Part shown: piece by piece, positions 17,009 through 19,681 of the stretch
Numbering within the stretch: position 1 is the first letter of the stretch
Layout of the letters: every line of letters begins with the position of its first letter
IMG/VR virus record: IMGVR_UViG_3300049919_000280
Span: 1 to 19,681 of that record
From: a virus
Taxonomy: Duplodnaviria; Heunggongvirae; Uroviricota; Caudoviricetes
Strand: one strand, 5' to 3'
DNA length: 19,681 bases
Notes under the pieces: generated by a model
What the model was told of the DNA's origin: nothing
The model's database searches: none
Seen by the model: only the letters and a program-made list of their open reading frames with translations
Position numbers and translations under genes: made by a program

Positions 17009-17044
17009 AGTCCCTTAGTCGAAAGATTAAGGGACTTTTTCTTT
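17009..17044 (+). terminator. Intrinsic terminator
   Basis: AGTCCCTTAGTC-GAAA-GATTAAGGGACT stem followed by TTTTCTTT. Confidence 0.85.
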
Positions 17045-17060
17045 GTTGGATGTCTTTGAG

Positions 17061-17111
17061 AATCAACGAGTTACGAAATAGGTTGACATGGTTTGTGGAT
17101 GTAGGTAGAAT
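17061..17111 (+). promoter_or_regulatory. IHF-consensus site plus sigma70 promoter for the tRNA/ncRNA cluster
   Basis: AATCAACGAGTTA; TTGACA(17083)-17 nt-TAGAAT. Confidence 0.8.
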
Positions 17112-17132
17112 TCAGTTGTCGGTGCAGTAAAC

Positions 17133-17145
17133 GTTCTTTAAAATT
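17133..17145 (+). promoter_or_regulatory. rrn-type boxA antitermination motif, copy 1
   Basis: GTTCTTTAAAATT versus E. coli rrn boxA (T)GCTCTTTAACAATTT; lies just downstream of the predicted transcription start. Confidence 0.6.
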
Positions 17146-17150
17146 AATGT

Positions 17151-17239
17151 GGGTGATTGGTAGAGATGGATTATTGCACCAGTCTTGAAAACTGGCGTTC
17201 CGAAAGGGACCGTAGGTTCGAATCCTACATCACCCGCCA
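17151..17239 (+). tRNA. tRNA-Ser(TGA)
   Basis: GGGTGAT/ATCACCC acceptor stem, CCAGT-CTTGAAA-ACTGG anticodon arm, long variable arm, TTCGAAT T loop, G73 and encoded CCA. Confidence 0.95.
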
Positions 17240-17242
17240 CAT

Positions 17243-17317
17243 ACTGCTGTCGTCTAGTGGCTAGGACACTTGGTTTTCATCCAAGTAAAGTGGGATCGAA
17301 ACCCATCAGCAGTACCA
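17243..17317 (+). tRNA. tRNA-Glu(TTC)
   Basis: ACTGCTG/CAGCAGT acceptor stem, CTTGG-TTTTCAT-CCAAG arm, atypical ATCGAAA T loop and encoded CCA. Confidence 0.92.
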
Positions 17318-17333
17318 GTTCTTTTACAATTTA
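17318..17333 (+). promoter_or_regulatory. rrn-type boxA motif, copy 2
   Basis: GTTCTTTTACAATTTA. Confidence 0.6.
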
Positions 17334-17446
17334 AAATCTTTCGATGCATGGTGCTAGGGAGCTATCAGATATACCTTCAAGGTAGCCGCGAGGTTCTGGT
17401 GCGCAGGTCAAATGGGTTCGAATCCCACGAAAGATTTTAAATTGTA
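17325..17446 (+). ncRNA. tRNA-like structured RNA in a 19-bp terminal stem
   Basis: Perfect TACAATTTAAAATCTTTCG/CGAAAGATTTTAAATTGTA stem. A T arm (TGGG-TTCGAAT-CCCA) is stacked on it. The core has a TACC-TTCAA-GGTA hairpin and a GCC-GCGA-GGT hairpin. No CCA. Confidence 0.65.
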
Positions 17447-17454
17447 GTAGAATT

Positions 17455-17529
17455 GCCGGTTTAGCTCAGTGGTAGAGCAACCGCCTTGTAAGCGGTAGGT
17501 CGTCTGTTCAATCCAGACAACCGGCACCA
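17455..17529 (+). tRNA. tRNA-Thr(TGT)
   Basis: GCCGGTT/AACCGGC acceptor stem, GCTC D stem, ACCGC-CTTGTAA-GCGGT arm and encoded CCA. Confidence 0.95.
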
Positions 17530-17542
17530 AAATATGTAGTAG

Positions 17543-17593
17543 AATCAACGAGTTACGAAATAGTTTGACAAGAAATACCGAAGTCGATATACT
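17543..17593 (+). promoter_or_regulatory. IHF-consensus site plus sigma70 promoter
   Basis: AATCAACGAGTTA (identical to the 17061 copy); TTGACA(17565)-17 nt-TATACT. Confidence 0.8.
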
Positions 17594-17612
17594 GGCTTCA
17601 CTGAAACAAAAC

Positions 17613-17628
17613 GTTCTTTTACAATTTA
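17613..17628 (+). promoter_or_regulatory. rrn-type boxA motif, copy 3
   Basis: GTTCTTTTACAATTTA, about 15 nt after the predicted transcription start. Confidence 0.6.
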
Positions 17629-17787
17629 ATGATTCTCGGAAACATATTGTGGCGCTCGTTGCGAAACGTAGCTGTGATATGCGGATAAGACAGTAGCTGG
17701 GTTGGAATAGAGTCCTTTAGTGCCGTCAAGGTCGAAAGATACAGCGGAGAACACGTTCCCAGTGAAGCAGAGAATTATTAAATTGTA
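17620..17787 (+). ncRNA. Unidentified structured RNA in an 18-bp terminal stem
   Basis: 17620-17637 pairs with 17770-17787 (one G-U). Internal hairpins include CATATT/GATATG, CTGGG/CCCAG and GTC-GAAA-GAT. Confidence 0.6.
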
Positions 17788-17796
17788 GTAGAATCA

Positions 17797-17813
17797 TGTT
17801 CTTTAAAAATTTA
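17797..17813 (+). promoter_or_regulatory. rrn-type boxA motif, copy 4
   Basis: TGTTCTTTAAAAATTTA. Confidence 0.6.
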
Positions 17814-18225
17814 GATAAGTTGTGTGGAAGGTATGCTTAGAAGCAGCAATCCTTTAAAGAGTCGGGCAAAGGCAGTTCGCAGAAACACATAAGCGATAGT
17901 GATCGGTCTTAAAAATCTGATCGGCGTAAGGACATACGTTGGGATCACACCCACGAAATCGGCTGAAAAGTGAAATAGGTTACAGTCAAGACCATACACG
18001 GGGTCACAACGGGGGGCGAAAGCAGCCTCAAGGACAAGCTCGGAACTTGTTGAGACATAGTAACACGCCAAGGTAGCATCGCAAACTACTGAAGGCAATG
18101 GGGTTGCTCCCCTGATCACGAATGGCGGCTGAATCACTTGGTAAAGTACGGAGGCACCCCAGAAATGGTAAGGCTGAAGTCCTGTTTGGTCGTAATAGCA
18201 CACCACATAACTTATCTAAATTTTT
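17805..18225 (+). ncRNA. Large ncRNA containing a 23S rRNA H43-H44 (uL11-binding domain) mimic with a ~326-nt insert
   Basis: 23-bp terminal stem 17805-17827/18203-18225. Bases 17827-17862 match 23S 1055-1090, and 18191-18203 match 1092-1104, with compensatory pairs. Confidence 0.8.
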
Positions 18226-18228
18226 GTT

Positions 18229-18244
18229 CTTCTTTTACAATTTG
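18229..18244 (+). promoter_or_regulatory. rrn-type boxA motif, copy 5 (variant)
   Basis: (GTT)CTTCTTTTACAATTTG. Confidence 0.5.
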
Positions 18245-18249
18245 AACGC

Positions 18250-18343
18250 ATTACAAACTTGTCTGGTAAGTTAAACGTTAGACTACTATGCATGGGAATG
18301 GATAGGGTATTGGGCGACAATCCGATGCAGACAAGTTTGTAAT
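18250..18343 (+). ncRNA. Unidentified structured RNA in a 16-bp perfect terminal stem
   Basis: ATTACAAACTTGTCTG/CAGACAAGTTTGTAAT encloses a 62-nt core with two hairpins. Confidence 0.55.
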
Positions 18344-18363
18344 ACACTTTCTAACGAGAGTGT
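18343..18363 (+). repeat. Spacer hairpin repeat, copy 1
   Basis: TACACTTTC-TAAC-GAGAGTGT; 20/21 identical to 19316-19336. Confidence 0.7.
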
Positions 18364-18375
18364 AGATTAAAGTGA

Positions 18376-18451
18376 GGTTGTCCTGTCGTTTAACTCTAGG
18401 ACGCTTGGCTCATAGCCAAGAAATGCTGATTTTGATTCAGTCCAGACAACT
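18376..18451 (+). ncRNA. Degenerate tRNA-like element (CAT anticodon)
   Basis: GGTTGTC/GACAACT acceptor-like stem, CTTGG-CTCATAG-CCAAG arm and GCTGA-TTTTGAT-TCAGT T-like arm. There are 3 extra nt before the acceptor 3' strand and no terminal CCA. Confidence 0.55.
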
Positions 18452-18463
18452 TTACCCGTTTTA

Positions 18464-18538
18464 CGATGCTCATAGCATAATGAGAATGTGACCGGCACTG
18501 AGGTCGGGAGATACGTGGCTAGAACCCATGGGGCATCG
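18464..18538 (+). ncRNA. Degenerate tRNA-like element (irregular anticodon loop)
   Basis: CGATGCTC/GGGCATCG stem, GCAT/ATGT D-like stem, CCGGC-ACTGAG-GTCGG arm and CGTGG-CTAGAAC-CCATG T-like arm. No CCA. Confidence 0.5.
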
Positions 18539-18544
18539 CAGGAT

Positions 18545-19084
18545 GGGCGCATAGCTCAGTTGGTTAGAGCACTCGACTCATTAATAGTAATATTGTGCAC
18601 CACCGAAAAATGCACTGGTAGTCTTCAGGAGAAGGCTAAGCTCCCTTTCCCGTTGAGCAATCATCGGTAACAGCATCCCCTCCGACGCTGGCGTAACAGT
18701 GCAATCGAAAGACGGTAAAACAACGTAAAGGATGTTTAAGGGCAACCGTAAAGCATTGTGTATCGTTGGGTGAATTTCTTCAAAGTCGGCGAACGCTAAA
18801 TCACAAAATTTTGTGATATGCCAACGCCGAGCCAAGCTTAACAATCCTAAAATATAGTTGAAAATCTAGCCACGTCGTGGAAAAACAGGGATTGTTAAGA
18901 AGGTGTAGAGGCTTGACGGAGAATACCTAAAGCAAAGTAATAGCTAAGGTAAAGACAAAGTCCAGACCACGAACAACAGCATGGTGAAATCGAAAGAGAG
19001 TAGTCACAAAGTGCAGAGTTGGCGTTGAAAAACGAAGTGGTACGAATCGATTGGTCGTAGGTTCAAGTCCTACTGCGCCCACCA
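18545..19084 (+). tRNA. tRNA-Ile2(CAT), split by an intron (exons 18545-18581 and 19045-19084)
   Basis: The joined exons give a 77-nt cloverleaf: GGGCGCA/TGCGCCC acceptor, CTCGA-CTCATAA-TCGAT arm, TTCAAGT T loop, A73 and CCA. The body resembles bacterial Ile2 (GACTCATAATCG..TTGGTCG), though Met cannot be fully excluded. Confidence 0.85.
18582..19044 (+). mobile_element. Group I intron (463 nt, no ORF) after anticodon base 36
   Basis: The 5' exon ends in U and the intron ends in G. P1 is CAU/GUG with a U-G wobble (18579-81/18595-97). P3 is 18776-81/18918-23, P4 is 18786-91/18825-30, P7 is GGCTT/AAGTC (18910-14/18958-62), and P8 is TACCT/AGGTA. Confidence 0.9.
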
Positions 19085-19094
19085 AAGCATTTAA

Positions 19095-19144
19095 AATCAA
19101 AGAGTTAGAAATTCCTTGACTCGTGATTGGTATTCGAATATAAT
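19095..19144 (+). promoter_or_regulatory. IHF-consensus site plus sigma70 promoter
   Basis: AATCAAAGAGTTA; TTGACT(19116)-17 nt-TATAAT. Confidence 0.8.
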
Positions 19145-19158
19145 TGATTCTGTTGTAG

Positions 19159-19316
19159 GAAATAAGAGAGTTTGGTGGATGTTGCTAACAGACAATTCTG
19201 TTTAAAAGGTCAGGTGAGAAGCTTGGGTAATCTGTGGGACGCACCCCATGGGCCTTTTGTCTAGTAACGTGATTGATACTCACGGACGCGACTTTATCAA
19301 CACCAGACTCCCTTAT
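19159..19316 (+). ncRNA. Unidentified multibranched structured RNA
   Basis: Closing stem ATAAG-A-GAGTTTGGTG/CACCAGACTC-C-CTTAT. Nested stems are ATGTTGCTA/TAGTAACGT, AAAAGGTC/GGCCTTTT, GTGGG/CCCAT and TTGATA/TATCAA. Confidence 0.6.
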
Positions 19317-19336
19317 ACACTTTCTAGCGAGAGTGT
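19316..19336 (+). repeat. Spacer hairpin repeat, copy 2
   Basis: TACACTTTC-TAGC-GAGAGTGT. Confidence 0.7.
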
Positions 19337-19459
19337 GTTTAGATTAGTGCCGCACTTGCATGGTGGCAGACGCTTGGGAAGTAGTCTCCTTAATTGGATA
19401 AAGATGACACCCATGGACTCGAAAGGGCAGTTACACTCGAGAGCGGCACTAATCTAAAC
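19337..19459 (+). ncRNA. Unidentified structured RNA in a 17-bp perfect terminal stem
   Basis: GTTTAGATTAGTGCCGC/GCGGCACTAATCTAAAC encloses an 89-nt branched core. Confidence 0.6.
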
Positions 19460-19681
19460 CCTGAAAGATAACACGCCGTCAAACCGTGATGTTGAACACA
19501 GACATAGGTGCTGTGCGAATCGGAAGATAAATTAAATGGCGATTGCAATGAGTAGGGGTTCCTAATTTGACCGTTATCCAAAGCAATGGATTCCCGCCCG
19601 ATACATTACGGATCGTCCTTCGGTGGTGTATATGAGAAAGCAAAGGTAAGGGTGCCGCAAGAGTAAGATGACGTGAGGTGG
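19460..19681 (+). ncRNA. Further structured non-coding RNA, truncated by the window end
   Basis: No credible ORF. Stems include GTCAAA/TTTGAC, CACAG/CTGTG, TAGG/CCTA and ATACATTAC/GTGGTGTAT. Confidence 0.45.

Noticed and set aside
17325-17446. Canonical tRNA-Sec or tmRNA
   Set aside because: No Sec-type D arm, no G73-CCA, a weak anticodon stem, no G3-U70 alanyl acceptor and no tag ORF.
17863-18188. Firm group I intron call for the insert
   Set aside because: P1- and P10-like pairings exist, but no P7 partner for AAGTC was found and only 7 nt remain before the putative omega-G, leaving no P9. Kept as an open hypothesis only.
17827-18203. rRNA gene fragment or host contamination as the explanation for the 23S-like sequence
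   Set aside because: Only about 50 nt match, split by an insert. H42 is replaced by a non-rRNA AU-rich stem, and the element is embedded among phage-type tRNAs and motifs shared with neighbouring elements.
17131-18363. CRISPR array
   Set aside because: The repeats are short, degenerate and irregularly spaced; boxA and processing stems explain them better.
17811-19581. ORFs in the RNA region (17811-18206, 18367-18552, 18488-18670, 18581-18844, 19248-19457, 19390-19581)
   Set aside because: They overlap tRNAs, the intron core or long RNA stems, lack RBSs and have non-protein-like composition. None resembles a homing endonuclease.
17600-19681. RNase P RNA, SRP RNA, 6S RNA or hammerhead ribozyme
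   Set aside because: The diagnostic motifs were not found intact by eye (GAGGAAAGUCC/ACAGAA..CGGC, the full SRP domain IV loop, CUGAnGA-GAAA). Only partial look-alikes were seen, such as TCAGGTGAGAAGC at about 19209.

Overview
This window looks like part of a T4-like (myovirus-type) phage genome, with essentially all genes on the + strand. Bases 1-16.8 kb hold a dense run of CDSs: T4-type RNase H, an FmdB-like zinc ribbon, PhoH, a GH19 endolysin, a signal-peptide thermonuclease, a ClpP-like protease, a DexA-like DEDDh exonuclease, SprT, an SLT transglycosylase, an Acb1/gp57B-like 2H phosphoesterase, a T4 beta-glucosyltransferase-like GT-B enzyme, probable internal head proteins, and many small hypothetical proteins. 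Bases 16.85-19.68 kb are non-coding apart from one 36-codon ORF. They contain three intact tRNAs (Ser-UGA, Glu-UUC, Thr-UGU) and a tRNA-Ile2(CAU) split by a group I intron. They also contain several degenerate tRNA-like elements and a series of unidentified structured RNAs. Five of these RNAs are closed by 16-23 bp terminal stems, and rrn-type boxA motifs occur five times in the cluster. The most striking element is a ~420-nt RNA (17805-18225) whose two ends together rebuild the uL11-binding (GTPase-associated, H43-H44) domain of 23S rRNA, with compensatory base changes and a ~326-nt structured insert in H44. This suggests a phage-encoded rRNA-domain mimic expressed in an rrn-operon-like way. 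All family assignments come from recalled motifs and hand alignment; no database searches were run.
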